Source of the DNA: Pirellulales bacterium
Lineage (GTDB): Bacteria > Planctomycetota > Planctomycetia > Pirellulales > PALSA-1355
Reading direction: 5' to 3'
NCBI GenBank assembly: GCA_963733035.1
Contig: CAVTBU010000006.1
Location: 800,001-864,000, forward strand
DNA length: 64,000 nucleotides
Part shown: positions 1 to 11,267 of the stretch, in pieces
Numbering within the stretch: position 1 is the stretch's first letter
Layout of the letters: each line of letters begins with the position of its first letter
Notes under the pieces: model-generated
What the model was told of the DNA's origin: nothing
The model's input: only the letters and a program-made list of their open reading frames with translations
The model's database searches: none
Position numbers and translations under genes: made by a program

Positions 1-1528
1 CGTCCTCCAACCGCGATAATTCCCGGCGTTTCTTGTTGTTCAAGTACGTCGCCACGTCGTCGGCCACGGTGATCGTGACCTTTGAGACGTCGGCGTGCTG
101 CGTGGCCAAGATCAGCAGCCGCATGACCTCGATGGCCATGCTCTCGGAGGTCTTTACCACGCCGCTGCCGCTGCAGCCCGGGCAGTCCTTGTAGACGCTT
201 CGCTTGAGGCTGGGCCGGATTCGCTGGCGCGTCATTTCCACCAGGCCGAAAGGGCTGGTGCGGAGGATCTTGGTGCGGGCTCGGTCGCGTTTCACCGCGT
301 CGCGCAGGGCCCGCTCCACGTTGCGGCGGTGTTTCTCCTTCCGCATGTCGATGAAGTCGTTGACAACCACGCCACCCAGATCGCGCAAGCGAAGTTGGCG
401 GGCGATTTCCCGAGCTGCCAACAGGTTCATCTGGTAGGCGGTTTCCTCGGCCGAGTCGTCGGCGCGGAAGCTGCCGCTGTTGACGTCGATGGCCACGAGG
501 GCCTCGGTCTGGTCGATGACGATCGATCCGCCCTGCCTGAGCGGCACCTTGCGTTGATGGATCAGCGCGATTTCACGATCGAGATTGTATTTGTGAAACA
601 GCGGCTCCTTGCCTTCGTAAAGCTGCAACCGACTGACGTACCGCGGCATCACGATCTGCAAGAACTCCTTGGCCCGCTCGTAAGCGGAGGGTTCGTCGAT
701 GTAGATCGAGTCGACGTCGCCGGTGAAGATATCGCGAATGGTCCGAATGATCATGTCGCTTTCTTCGTAGATGTCGATCGGTGCCGGGTACTTCTTGATC
801 CGCCGGACGATGACTTTCCAGAGGCGGAGCAGGTAGGCCAGATCGCGCGACAGTTCGCGCTTCGTGCGGTCGATGCCCGCGGTGCGTACGATGAACCCCA
901 GTCCCTTGGGCGGATTGAGTTCCAGCATCACGTCGCGCAGCTTGCGGCGCACTTCGTCGTCTTCGATCTTGCGCGAGACGCCCACGCGGCCCAGGGCCGG
1001 CATCAACACGAGATACCGGCCGGGAATGCTGATGTAGGTCGAAAGCGTGGGTCCCTTGGTGCCGATGCCCTCCTTGATCACCTGCACCAGCACTTCGTCG
1101 CCGCGGCGAAGAATCTCCTGGATCGGCGGCTTGATGCGGGGCCGGGCGCCGGGGCGGGGAGGCCGCTGCCGTCGCGAGCGATCACGCGGCTCGGTTTCTC
1201 CTTCGCTCTCGTCATCGCCCACGTCGATGTCGGCCCGATTGAATCGCGAACCGCTTTCCAGCGGCTTGAGCGGATCGTAGCCTCCCTGGCGATAATACTG
1301 TGGCTCGACGTCGCTGATGTGCAGAAAGCCGTTGCGGCCGACGCCGAAATCGACGAACGCCGCTTGAATGCTCGGCTCCAGATTGACGACTTTGCCCTTG
1401 TAAATGTTGCCGACGTAATTGTCCTGGCTGGTGCGCTCGATATACAGCTCTTCCAGGGATCCATCCTCAACGATCGCGATCCGGCATTCCTCCGGCTGAG
1501 CGACGTTGATCAACATTTCTTGCTTCAT
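1..1528 (-). CDS. rne: Rne/Rng family ribonuclease (RNase E/G), runs off the left edge
   Basis: The minus frame from ATG 1528 reads MKQEMLINVAQPEECRIAIVEDG..GNIYKGKV..AAFVDFG..NGFLH and stays open to the edge (..VATYLNNKKRRELSRLED). The + ORF 95..1723 is its antisense shadow. Confidence 0.93.
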   Translation of the reverse strand, partial: MKQEMLINVAQPEECRIAIVEDGSLEELYIERTSQDNYVGNIYKGKVVNLEPSIQAAFVDFGVGRNGFLHISDVEPQYYRQGGYDPLKPLESGSRFNRADIDVGDDESEGETEPRDRSRRQRPPRPGARPRIKPPIQEILRRGDEVLVQVIKEGIGTKGPTLSTYISIPGRYLVLMPALGRVGVSRKIEDDEVRRKLRDVMLELNPPKGLGFIVRTAGIDRTKRELSRDLAYLLRLWKVIVRRIKKYPAPIDIYEESDMIIRTIRDIFTGDVDSIYIDEPSAYERAKEFLQIVMPRYVSRLQLYEGKEPLFHKYNLDREIALIHQRKVPLRQGGSIVIDQTEALVAIDVNSGSFRADDSAEETAYQMNLLAAREIARQLRLRDLGGVVVNDFIDMRKEKHRRNVERALRDAVKRDRARTKILRTSPFGLVEMTRQRIRPSLKRSVYKDCPGCSGSGVVKTSESMAIEVMRLLILATQHADVSKVTITVADDVATYLNNKKRRELSRLED

Positions 1529-1691
1529 TCTGAGGTACTTTCTGTGTGTTCACCCGGCGGCCGGCTCATGTCGAGCGACCGCCCCGGCATGGTGTTGGTT
1601 TGTGTCCGGAGCCGATTGGCCGTGGGAGCCTGGTGCCGCGGCCTGCGCGTTGTGCGGGCCGCGGAATTATTGCGCGGGCGCGCCGGCTTCT

Positions 1692-3428
1692 TTAGGCCAC
1701 TAACTCGGGCAAAATCTTCTTGAGCTCCTCTCGCAGGTAATTCTTGATGTCGCGGGCGTTTTCCAACGCCATCACGTGTTCGGCGACATGCCGACACTGG
1801 TCGATGGTGACCGTGCGACAGACTTTTTTGACCTCGGGAATCGAACTGGGGGTGACGCTCAACCGCCGCAGCCCGAGTCCCAACAGCAGCATGGTGTACA
1901 ACGTGTTGCCGCTCATTTGTCCACAGACGTTGACCGGCACTTGCTTGCCGCCGGCCGCGTCGACGGCCATACGAATCAACCGCAGCACCGAGGGATCGAC
2001 CGAGCTGTACAGCGTGGCGACGTCCTTGTTGCTGCGATCGGCCGCCAACGTGTATTGCGTCAGGTCGTTGGTGCCAATCGAGATGAAATCCACTTCTTCC
2101 ACGAAACGATCGATCATCAGCACGGCGGCCGGCACTTCGACCATCATGCCCACGGGTAAATCGCGATTGAACGCCACGCCCTCTTCGTCGAGATCTTCCA
2201 TGACGTCGGCCAGCACCATTTTGGCTTGCCGCAATTCCAACAGCGTGGCCACGAGCGGAAACATCAATCGCACGTCGCCCACCGCGCTGGCCCGCAGCAC
2301 GGCTCGCAATTGCGTGCGGAAGCTGGGCAGGTTCTTGAGCGAGAGCCGAATGCTGCGCAAACCGAGCGTGGGATTCCTGGCCGCTTCGGAATCGAACGTG
2401 ACCTTGTCGGCACCCAGGTCGCAACTGCGAATCACCACTGGCCGGCCGTCGAGCTGCTCGAGCACCTTGCGATACGCCTCGAAGTGCACTTCCTCATCCG
2501 GTTCGCAAGCGGCGCCCAGGTAGAGAAACTCGGTGCGATACAACCCGATGCCCTCGGCGCCACGTTCGAGGCAGTGCTCGACTTCGTGCGGAAATTCGAT
2601 ATTCCCCAGGAGCTCGATCCGCACCTTGTCGGCCGTCATCGCCGGCAGCTCGCGCAAGGTGGCCAGTTGAGCCGCGCGGCTCTTGTGTTGTTCGAGCTCG
2701 TAGCGGTAGTGCGCGACGGTCTCTTCGTCCGGCTGCAGGATCACCATGCCGTGATCGCCGTCGATGATCACCAGGTCGCCGCCGGAGACGTCGGTCAGAA
2801 ACTGCCCGATGCCGACGACCGCCGGGATTTCGAGACCCTCGGCGACGATCGCCGTGTGGCTGCCGGGCCCGCCGATTTCCGTGGCAAAACCGCGAACAAA
2901 GGCCCGGTTCAGGTTGGCCGTTTCGCTGGGCGTGAGGTTGTGCGCCAGCACGATCACGGGCGAGATCAAATGGTCGAGCTCCTCGCGGCGACGGCCCAGC
3001 AGATTGCGCAACAGCCGCTTCTCGATATCGACCACGTCGTTGGCCCGTTCGGCCAGATAGCTGCTCTCGATGTTCTGAAAGACCTTCGCGTAGCGCCGTC
3101 ACGCGCGGCTGACGGCATACTCGGGCGAGTAGTGCCGTTCGCGGATCATGCCGTCGAGTTCGTTCCGCAACACCGGATCGCGGAGCATTTGAAGGTGAGC
3201 GGAGAAGACGGCGGCATATTGACCGCCGAGCTCACGAAATACGGCTTCGCGGTTGCTCTCGATTTCATCGCCGGCGGCCAGGATGGCCTGATCGAGGCGT
3301 TCCAGCTCGTTTTCAACCGCGTCGCGCACGACGAAACGCCGAGGAATGCGAAATCCCTCGCTGTCCATCACCAGCGCTTCGCCGACGGCCACGCCTGGCG
3401 AAACGGCAATACCTTGTAGTTTTTGCAT
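1692..3428 (-). pseudogene. ptsI: PEP-protein phosphotransferase (PTS enzyme I) interrupted by one in-frame TGA at 3099-3101
   Basis: ORFs 3099..3428 and 1692..3035 share a frame. Motifs: GIAVSPG, GGPGSHTAI (phospho-His), GIGLYRTEF, SIGTNDLTQY, VCGQMSG. Confidence 0.9.
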
Positions 3429-3646
3429 GTGATGCTCTACCGGGGCGCGGCGGGCCGGGATTCGTCGCAGCGGTGTGCCCGTGCTCCGTGGTCGGAGAGG
3501 GGCCTCGCTTGTCGCTCGATCAACCGGCGGTCGTTCGCTCGGGAGCGAACTCCGTCGCGCCGCGTTTGCGGCGGCTCACCCAGTCGTTTGTTGCGCCGGG
3601 CCGGTTCGAGGCTTCAAAGGGTGAACCGGCGGCGAAAAAACGGCTG

Positions 3647-3938
3647 TTATGATTCCACGTTTCCATTTTCGTCGAAGCTGCGCAAACAGCTCCGACAACG
3701 CAACCAGGGCGTCCTGGGCATCGGGGCCGGTGGCCTCGAGACACAGTTCGGTTCCCTGCACGGCGGCCAGCGTGAGGATGTTCAAGATGCTCTTGCCATC
3801 CACGCGGTGACCCCCCTTAATGACTTCGATTTTCGCCTGGTATTGGCTGGCCGTCTTCACGAACACTTCCGCCGGACGCGCGTGCAATCCTTGCGGATTG
3901 CTCACGACGACAGTTCGTGTGACGGTCTCGTCAGCCAT
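3647..3938 (-). CDS. ptsH: HPr phosphocarrier protein, with a probable frameshift near the 3' end
   Basis: NPQGLHARPA and DGKSILNILTLAA motifs. A typical C-terminus (FDENGNVES*) lies in another frame at ~3680-3647. The uncorrected ORF ends at 3576. Confidence 0.88.
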
Positions 3939-4054
3939 GCTTGCCACGCTTAACCCGTTTCTTGCTCGGCAGGCGGACCGGATGCCGCAACGTGCTTGCG
4001 GTGGCCGCCGTCCGAAACGATTCGACTTCTGATGGGTGGTTTTCTGCCTGCGCC

Positions 4055-4531
4055 TTACGAAACGAAGCCGTTGTTGTCGGCTTCTTCGAGTAATTGACGA
4101 ATGTCGTCCGCCGTTTTCGCTTGTTTCAGGAAGCGGCAAAACGTCTCGTCGCGCAATTGACTCGAAATGTTTTCCAACGCCCGCAGGTGATCTCCCGGCC
4201 GGTCGGGCGGAGAGATCAAGAGGAAGAAGAGTTGAACCTTTTCGCCGTCGAGGCTGTTGAAGTCGATTCCCTCGCTGCTGACGGCTACGGTGCCGATCAA
4301 CCGTTGCACGCTCGGATGCTTGGCGTGCGGCACGGCCACCCCGCGGCCGATTCCCGTGGAACCAAGTTCTTCGCGTTTCAGAATCGCCTTGACAATGCTT
4401 TCGACCTCGTCGGACGAGATGTTTCCAGCTTCGAGCAGCGCGGCGATCATTTCACGAATGGCGCCTTCCTTGTCTTCGGCGGCCAATTGCGCGCGAATCG
4501 CGTCGCTGCTCACAAAATCACCAAACTTCAT
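4055..4531 (-). CDS. PTS EIIA (Fru/Ntr-type) protein
   Basis: REELGSTGIGRGVAVPHAK, DFNSLDG and HLRAL motifs. Confidence 0.92.
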   Translation of the reverse strand: MKFGDFVSSDAIRAQLAAEDKEGAIREMIAALLEAGNISSDEVESIVKAILKREELGSTGIGRGVAVPHAKHPSVQRLIGTVAVSSEGIDFNSLDGEKVQLFFLLISPPDRPGDHLRALENISSQLRDETFCRFLKQAKTADDIRQLLEEADNNGFVS

Positions 4532-4625
4532 ACCGCATTTCCTTTCACACCGAGAGTGCGCCGCGCCTCTGCTGCTTCACCTTGCCGTTCGAATCCCTCG
4601 CAGACGCGGGCCATGGCCCCAGGCG

Positions 4626-4973
4626 CTACTCGCCGCTACCTTCGCCTTCCAAAGGCGCCGGTTGCTGGCGGGGCGCGCGATGATGGTCTTGTACTTTTTC
4701 CTTGTATTTCCGCAATTGTTGCTCGAGCTTGTGAATCACGCCATCCAGGGCCGCCATCAGTGTCGCTGCCTGCTCGGTGGCCACAAAGTCATGCTTGTGC
4801 TCGGCACTCACCCGCACGTCCACCGACGGGTTCTGCTCATGTTCCAAGTCCACGGTTACCTCGATCGAGAGCAGTCGCTCAAAAAGCCGCGACAGCCGCT
4901 CGACTTTGGCGGCAATCTTTTCCTTCGAGGCGTCACTCAGATGGCCATGCCTGGCGGAAATCTCAACTTGCAC
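4626..4973 (-). CDS. hpf: Ribosome hibernation factor (HPF/RaiA)
   Basis: VEISARHGHLS..KIAAKVERL..ALDGVIHKLEQQLRKYKEK, the sigma54 modulation/S30AE fold. Confidence 0.9.
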   Translation of the reverse strand: MQVEISARHGHLSDASKEKIAAKVERLSRLFERLLSIEVTVDLEHEQNPSVDVRVSAEHKHDFVATEQAATLMAALDGVIHKLEQQLRKYKEKVQDHHRAPRQQPAPLEGEGSGE

Positions 4974-5299
4974 CGGAAACGTGCTCCATCGGCTAAGGCA
5001 AAAATGAGCTTCAGTTTACGGCGAGCCCGCCGCTTACGAAAAGGGGGCATTCTACCTGCTTACAACCCGACCGACAACGCAGCAAAAGACGTCTCGCGAG
5101 GCCCCGCCGGCATGCGTCCGAAGATGACTTCAGAGGACGACTGTCCGAAGGTCGGAAGGCAGCTTCCACTGCTCCCAGTTTAGCCTTTTGCCCAAGCGGA
5201 GGAAGGGGGCCAGGCGCGACCATCTGGCGCGGGGGGCAGGCAGCACCGAGATTTCACGCGTTTTACCGCAAATCAACCGCACCAACCCGGCGCGCTTTC

Positions 5300-7582
5300 T
5301 CATTGCGCTGGCGGTACCACCGGGCGACCGCGGGGCGGATTAACGGTCGTGCTGCCGCGAGCCGTCAGCTTGCCGATCTCTGTCTTCCACCGGTTGTACG
5401 GAGTGTTTCGCTTGATCTTGATGTCCTCGGGACGGTAGCTGTATGTGGCTCCAAAGAGCTCCTGCAAGTTCAAGAATGCCAACACGCGGAAGTCGAGCGC
5501 ATCGTCTCGATTGAGCGCATCGATCAACTCGCGGTCCGCGCCGGACTGCAGATCGGTGGTGGTATAGCCCCACAACATGCGATACAGCGCCTTGCCGTCC
5601 GCGGCGCCACGTTGCTTGTCGAACGCAGCTTCCACCCTGGCGGCGGTCTCGGGGCTAAGAGCAATGGCCTCTTGCAATTCATCCATGATGCCTTGCCAGG
5701 AGTGTCTCAAGTCGGGATCGTTCAGGGCGGTGATGCTGGGGTCGTAGTCGCCCAGGTGCACGAGACCGCGGATGGCCAACGTGCGGACCTCGCGACGGCG
5801 CGCGGCGGCGAGTTCGCGCAGTTGTAACCCGGCCGATTTGTTCGGTGCCAGGCTTTCGTCCACCCCGCGCGCAGCGCCGCGATCGGCGGCGCTTAGCTCG
5901 TCGCCGGAGATCCACGCCGGGAATTTACCCTCGGTCGGCTTGGCATCGGGGCCGGCCGTCAGCGAGAGCATTGCCGGGCCGTGCAGTTCGATTGGCGCGG
6001 CGTCCGGTTGCATCACACGAATCACGCCGCTGGTCGCATAGAGGTTCGCTTCCAGCGGCGCCGGGCTCGACTCGGGATTCTTGCCCGGCTGCAACACGTG
6101 GCGCACTTCGATGGCCAACGTCGATTCCGGATCGACGAACGTAACCAACGGGTCGTGGCCGTCGATTTGCAGCCGCAAGGCGTTGACGGCGCGGCCGACC
6201 GTCGACATCAACAGCTTTCCATACTGAATCGACAAAATCGGCGCGGCATCGTCGTCCCAACCAACCAGTTCAAACTCGGCCGCACCGTCGGCTTGAACGG
6301 TGATGTTTGAACTGAGCGCCATGGTTGGGTGGAACAACGGCAGCGACATCAGGCGGTCCCCTTTGTTAAGCGGCGATTGAACCGGTAGCCGGGACCATTG
6401 TCCGGCGGACGGATCGAACTTCAGCAGGACCTCGCGCGACGTGTATCGACCAAATCCCTCGGCCGGCGCGCGTGGCTTGGCGGCGTCGGCGCCCGCCAGC
6501 GGCATCGGTTCGGCCGGCGTTTCCTCGCCCGGCAACGGAGCCGCGGGCGTGGTTGTGAGCGGCCCCGGTGGCAACGTGGGGCGCACGGCCGCCGTGTCGA
6601 GCGGGCTCGGTTCCGGGGGCACCGGCGCGGTCGAGGCGTCCGTCTCCATGGCGGCGTCGGCAGCGGGTTGGGTGAGACTGGCATCGCCGGGTTCCGCCGC
6701 CGGTTCGGTCAACTCGGGCTGGCCCTCGTCCGGCGTGGCGGCTTCCAACGGCTCGGCCGGGGGCTCCTCGGTGCCGGGTTCGCTTTCAGTTGGACGTTCG
6801 GTTTCGTTGGGAGCGGCAGCATTTGCGGCCGGATTGTCTGCCGGTGCCGCGGTGGATTCGTCAGGCGTCGGTTGCTGGCCGTCGTCGGTTGCCTCGGTGG
6901 ATTTTTTATCCCCAGATTCCTTTGCGGCTGGCTCGGCCGACGGCGCAACCAGCGCGGTCATGCGCTCGCGAAACGGCGCCGGGCCGAAAAAGAACAAGCC
7001 GGCGAACGTCAACGATGCGGCGACCAGCACGACGGCCACCACCGGCCAGATGGGCCAGCGGCTTTCACGAAGGTAGTCGGGCACCTCGGGCTTCGCTCGC
7101 CGCACCACCGGAGGCACCGCGCCGCCGGCCGGTGGAGCCGCCACTGGGGCCGCCACCGCCTGACGGATCGCGTCACCTTGCACTGGCGGAGAGTCCGCTT
7201 GCGCGGCCAGTGCATACAGCCGCTGGCGCATGTGTGGATCGATCTCCGCGGGTTCACCCAACACGAGCGTGAGGATTTGATGGCAAGAGGCGACTTCCGC
7301 CAGGTTGACTTCCGACTCCAGACAAATCCGCTCGAATTCGGGAACGCGTTCGTCCGCCAAACGATATTCGAGATACTCGGCAACCGTGTTCGGATCGGCG
7401 CCCAAACCGCGACCCATCAGCGGCGGGCTGCCGAGTTTGGCACGTTGCGTGCAATCGCGAATCGTATGTACCAGCTTGGTGGCGAACTCGCTTTCCTCAA
7501 TCTTCTTGCCGATATCCTCGGCGTCGTCCGGTTCGAGGTTGCCATCCAGATAGGCCAGCAACGTGCGGAGGGTCAATCGCAT
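5300..7582 (-). CDS. Conserved planctomycete-type membrane-anchored hypothetical protein
   Basis: N-terminal MRLTLRTLLAYLD..LAEVASCHQIL, one TM helix, a Pro/Ala/Glu-rich linker and a helical C-terminus. Confidence 0.8.
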   Translation of the reverse strand: MRLTLRTLLAYLDGNLEPDDAEDIGKKIEESEFATKLVHTIRDCTQRAKLGSPPLMGRGLGADPNTVAEYLEYRLADERVPEFERICLESEVNLAEVASCHQILTLVLGEPAEIDPHMRQRLYALAAQADSPPVQGDAIRQAVAAPVAAPPAGGAVPPVVRRAKPEVPDYLRESRWPIWPVVAVVLVAASLTFAGLFFFGPAPFRERMTALVAPSAEPAAKESGDKKSTEATDDGQQPTPDESTAAPADNPAANAAAPNETERPTESEPGTEEPPAEPLEAATPDEGQPELTEPAAEPGDASLTQPAADAAMETDASTAPVPPEPSPLDTAAVRPTLPPGPLTTTPAAPLPGEETPAEPMPLAGADAAKPRAPAEGFGRYTSREVLLKFDPSAGQWSRLPVQSPLNKGDRLMSLPLFHPTMALSSNITVQADGAAEFELVGWDDDAAPILSIQYGKLLMSTVGRAVNALRLQIDGHDPLVTFVDPESTLAIEVRHVLQPGKNPESSPAPLEANLYATSGVIRVMQPDAAPIELHGPAMLSLTAGPDAKPTEGKFPAWISGDELSAADRGAARGVDESLAPNKSAGLQLRELAAARRREVRTLAIRGLVHLGDYDPSITALNDPDLRHSWQGIMDELQEAIALSPETAARVEAAFDKQRGAADGKALYRMLWGYTTTDLQSGADRELIDALNRDDALDFRVLAFLNLQELFGATYSYRPEDIKIKRNTPYNRWKTEIGKLTARGSTTVNPPRGRPVVPPAQ

Positions 7583-8057
7583 AAGTAGGTTCCGGTTCAG
7601 CAGGTCGAGGAAAACTTGGCCGCGGCCAGGTCGGGCCGGCGCGAGTGCCTTTTCAGTCAATAGTGGGAAACGGTGACCGCTGCCGTACCAATTGGAGAAA
7701 ATTATTCACAACGGACCAGAGCCACTCATCGTCAGAGCAGCGCAAGTCTCGGCCGGAAAAGCCGTTTCGCAAAAGTTACGAATCCGACAGAACTTCCCAA
7801 TCGAGCGCATGCGGCGTGTGCGCCTTCCGGCAACGACAGCGACGCCTGCCAGCAAAGAATTTCGAGGCGCGCATTGGGCCGGAGAGTTTTCGCGATCGTC
7901 GTATTCGGCTTGATACAAGGTCGCCGGGGCATTATTTTTCGCGGCCAGACTCAATTTTTTGCCCCCGGTTTCTGTGGAGACCAATTCGCGTGTAAACTTG
8001 AGTTAGACGCGAGTGGCTTGCCAACCGCGTTCCCGTCTTTATGCAAGGGAGCGAGCA

Positions 8058-8576
8058 GTGACATCACATCACGATCGCATTCGCCGACAACAGCTGGTGC
8101 TGCAAGCCGAGGGGTACCTCGAGCTCGGAATGGCGGAACATGCGCTCGCCGTGCTGTCGCGCTGTGGCGACCAGGAGATGTTGCCGGATCACGCCCTGTA
8201 TTTGAAGGGGCAAAGCCTCCGCGAACTCGGACGCTTTGGCGAGGCATTGGAGCCGCTCTGGCAGGCGGCCCAGGGCAATCCGGATAACATCAGCATCTGG
8301 CTGGCCCTTGGCTGGTGCTACAAACGGACCGGCAAGCTCGATCGAGCCATCGAGTCGCTTGAAGAGGCTCTTTCGGTCGAACCCAACGACGCCTTGGTGC
8401 ATTACAACCTGGCCTGCTACTGGAGCCTGGCCCGCAATAAGCGTCAGGCGCTTTCCTACCTGGCCCGGGCGTTTGATCTGCAGGAAGAATATCGTACGCT
8501 CGTGGCCGACGAATCGGACTTCGATCCGATTCGCGAAGATCCGGCATTTCAGGCACTGATGCGCGTGACCGTGTAA
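8058..8576 (+). CDS. TPR-repeat protein
   Basis: TPR patterns (ALGWCYKRTG, VHYNLACY) and C-terminal DESDFDPIR. Confidence 0.85.
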   Translation: MTSHHDRIRRQQLVLQAEGYLELGMAEHALAVLSRCGDQEMLPDHALYLKGQSLRELGRFGEALEPLWQAAQGNPDNISIWLALGWCYKRTGKLDRAIESLEEALSVEPNDALVHYNLACYWSLARNKRQALSYLARAFDLQEEYRTLVADESDFDPIREDPAFQALMRVTV

Positions 8577-8625
8577 CCGTCGACGCTGGCCGCGCGAGCC
8601 GGTTTCCGTCTGGGCGTGGAAGAAA

Positions 8626-8659
8626 CGAGCCCTCGATCGTTGCTACGACCGAGGGCTCG
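8626..8659. terminator. Stem-loop between convergent genes
   Basis: CGAGCCCTCG...CGAGGGCTCG arms. Confidence 0.55.
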
Positions 8660-8689
8660 CAAAGCGTAATCGCCCCACCGCTTTCGTGT

Positions 8690-10033
8690 CTAGAACAAGA
8701 AACCCCCGCCCAGCATCACGCCGTGCAAGATCAGGCTGCCGTTTTGTTTGACCTGGCTGAAGCCCTTTACGTCGGCCAGGTAGGGCAGGTACTGATTGTC
8801 GGACAGCGCGACGTTCGAAACACCAACCACGCGATAGCCCACGTAGCTGAACAAATTCGCCCGCCAAAAGTAGGTAAATCCGGTATCGATTTCGCCCAGC
8901 ATCGAGAAGTCCGTCATGTGGGCCGGAATATCGTAGGCCAGGTTGCCGTTGCCGTCGTAGAGTAGCGTGCGGCCGTTCATTTGGTTGCAGAAGACGCCCA
9001 CCTTCGGGCCGACGAAAAAGCCCACCCGGTTGAAGATCATGTAGTTGAAGTACGACCCGATCTGGCAACCGTACATATTGTTGACCATGCGATTCTGCAG
9101 GGCCGCCCAATCGTCGCCGTTGTTCCAGTCGCCGCCGCCGGCCAGCCCCGCGAACGTCAGCCGTTCGTCGAAGCGGAAGTAGCGGAATCCGACAAAGGGC
9201 ACGAAGGTTAGCCGGCCATAGGTCCAAGCGCCGAGCAAGGCGTTCAACTCGAAGTTGTTGACGCGATCGTTGCGATAGATGCGGTGGCTGGCCGAATTGT
9301 CCCAATAGTCGCCGACCGGAACGCCGTTGATCGTCACGTCGCCCGTCTGCGTTTGCAGGTTCATCGGCGTGCTGAGTTCGTTGGTCGGGCTGTTGATTTC
9401 GGAAAATCCGTTCATCTGGCCCAGGCCCCAATAGGTCACGCCGATGCCGGGTCCCATCGGTCCGCAGCAGCCACCCATGAACGGGGCGCCGGTGGCGGCG
9501 CAGTCGTTTTGCGGGCAGCAACCGCCACCACCACCGCCGAAAATATAGCCGCCAGTGAACTGCCAGCCGCCTTGCCAGTTGTCACCCGCGTTCTGGGTGT
9601 TCATCAGCTGGTTGTCGTTGACGTTCGTCTGGTAGGTGGTCCAGTAGGGGTTGGCCCGGTTGCGGCCCATGACCAGCGCGCCCACGGCGCCGAACCAGCC
9701 ACCACCACAGCATGTCGGTTCGCAGCAGCCTTCGGTACAGCCTTCGTTCCACTCCGAGGCCACGGCTTCTTGAAAGTCGCTCGTGCCGTCGGAGCCGGGA
9801 ATAAGCGTGTCGGGCGTTGGATTGGGGATCGGCTCCTGGCGGTAGCCGGTGAAGATCGAACCGTAGGGATCCATCTTGCCCGTGGGAAGCGCGTAGCTGG
9901 TGGTTACTGCATCGACGGCGGTTACCGCGGGCAGCGGCAGCAGGCTCGGCGAGCCGTACTGGGCGGCCGCCTGTTGGGCAGCCAAGAGCAGACCCGCGCA
10001 CGCAATGAGCGCACGGGTTCCATAGGATTTCAT
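8690..10033 (-). CDS. Planctomycete outer-membrane beta-barrel (BBP7-like)
   Basis: Signal peptide MKSYGTRAL..AAA, Cys/Gly-rich region, GFRYFRFDE, NNMYGCQIG, C-terminal LHGVMLGGGFLF. Confidence 0.75.
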   Translation of the reverse strand: MKSYGTRALIACAGLLLAAQQAAAQYGSPSLLPLPAVTAVDAVTTSYALPTGKMDPYGSIFTGYRQEPIPNPTPDTLIPGSDGTSDFQEAVASEWNEGCTEGCCEPTCCGGGWFGAVGALVMGRNRANPYWTTYQTNVNDNQLMNTQNAGDNWQGGWQFTGGYIFGGGGGGCCPQNDCAATGAPFMGGCCGPMGPGIGVTYWGLGQMNGFSEINSPTNELSTPMNLQTQTGDVTINGVPVGDYWDNSASHRIYRNDRVNNFELNALLGAWTYGRLTFVPFVGFRYFRFDERLTFAGLAGGGDWNNGDDWAALQNRMVNNMYGCQIGSYFNYMIFNRVGFFVGPKVGVFCNQMNGRTLLYDGNGNLAYDIPAHMTDFSMLGEIDTGFTYFWRANLFSYVGYRVVGVSNVALSDNQYLPYLADVKGFSQVKQNGSLILHGVMLGGGFLF

Positions 10034-10481
10034 CGCAGACTCCTTTCCGAACAGCAAACTCCGTTTTGCGCCTCCTCCATGATGGCGACGCAAACACTCC
10101 GGCAGGGTCTCGAGCGTCCACTCCGGCGGACGGCTCGATGCGTGGAAATCCATTCCCACCTGAACAAGCAACTCCGTTTCACAAGCAAGCATCGACCGAA
10201 TGCCAGCAGCGTGTTGCGAGGATTGCGCGAGAAGCGAGCTCTTTTTTCTCAAGTGCGGCGCCTCTTTCGGCTCGATCAGCGCGACCCGAACAGCGTGCCC
10301 GCGGCGGAATTCGCGGTTCGCCAGGCACAGAGCGCAGGGTTTGAAGTCACGGCCCGCAGGACCGTTACACACCGCGCGGCGAATTCAAGATTTCACCCCG
10401 CTTAGCCTCCGGCTTTGCCGGGGGGCTGGGTCGCGAGTTGGGGCGGACAGAGATCAGTGGCTCCGGCTAGACAAAATGCCG

Positions 10482-11267
10482 CTAAGTTCCGGCCACTTCG
10501 CGGGCCAATTGCTCGTAATCCTCCGCCCCGCGGGAGTCGGGGGCGTAGTGAAAGATTGACTGCCCGAAACTGGGCGCCTCGGCCAGGCGAATATTACGCC
10601 GAATCCGGGTTTCGAACGTCCGGGTATGTTCCCAGGGCGTTTTCGGCTTGCGTGTGGCGGCCAAAAACTGATCGACGTCCGTGGTGACTTCCGCCGCCAG
10701 CCGCGTCCCCGAATCGTACATGCAGTAGACGACGCCGGAAAGCTTCAGCCGGTCGTTCAAGCGCTTGGATACCAGGTCGATCGTTTGCAGTAGCTTGCTC
10801 AACCCGTGCAGCGCGAGGAAGTGGGGCTGCAAGGGGAGGAACACCTCGTCCACGGCGGCCAGGGCGTTGAGCGTCAGGATGCCCAGCGACGGCGGGCAAT
10901 CGATCAACACGTAGTCGAATTGGTCGACGACCTTGGCCAGCTTGTCGCGCAAGATCACCTCGCGGCCGACCACGCCCACCAATTCCACTTCGGCCGCGGC
11001 CAGGTCGATGTGCGATCCGACGACCCACAGGTTGTCGTTTGCCTCGCGCCACACGTCGGCCAATTCCGTTTCGCCGGTCAGCACGTCGTAGACGCTGCGA
11101 TCGTCGCGGGCTGGTTGCAAGCCGAGGTGCAGCGTGGCGTGAGCTTGCGGATCGAGATCGATCAGGCAGACGCGTTGGCCCGTGGCGGCCAGCGCCGCGC
11201 TGAGGTTCACGGCGGTCGTGGTTTTTCCCACGCCGCCTTTTTGATTCAGGACGGCAATCGATCGCAT
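10482..11267 (-). CDS. parA: ParA/Soj family ATPase (no adjacent parB)
   Basis: [24 protein letters not shown] and [15 protein letters not shown] and upstream TATAAT. Confidence 0.92.
   Translation of the reverse strand: MRSIAVLNQKGGVGKTTTAVNLSAALAATGQRVCLIDLDPQAHATLHLGLQPARDDRSVYDVLTGETELADVWREANDNLWVVGSHIDLAAAEVELVGVVGREVILRDKLAKVVDQFDYVLIDCPPSLGILTLNALAAVDEVFLPLQPHFLALHGLSKLLQTIDLVSKRLNDRLKLSGVVYCMYDSGTRLAAEVTTDVDQFLAATRKPKTPWEHTRTFETRIRRNIRLAEAPSFGQSIFHYAPDSRGAEDYEQLAREVAGT

Noticed and set aside
95..1723. 542-aa plus-strand ORF
   Set aside because: Antisense shadow of rne in the same codon register.
3099..3101. Selenocysteine or genetic-code reassignment in ptsI
   Set aside because: The position is not a Cys-type catalytic site, no clear SECIS is visible, and many genes here terminate at TGA.
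4980..5290. Riboswitch or ncRNA upstream of hpf
   Set aside because: No recognisable consensus; no tRNA or rRNA was seen anywhere in the window.
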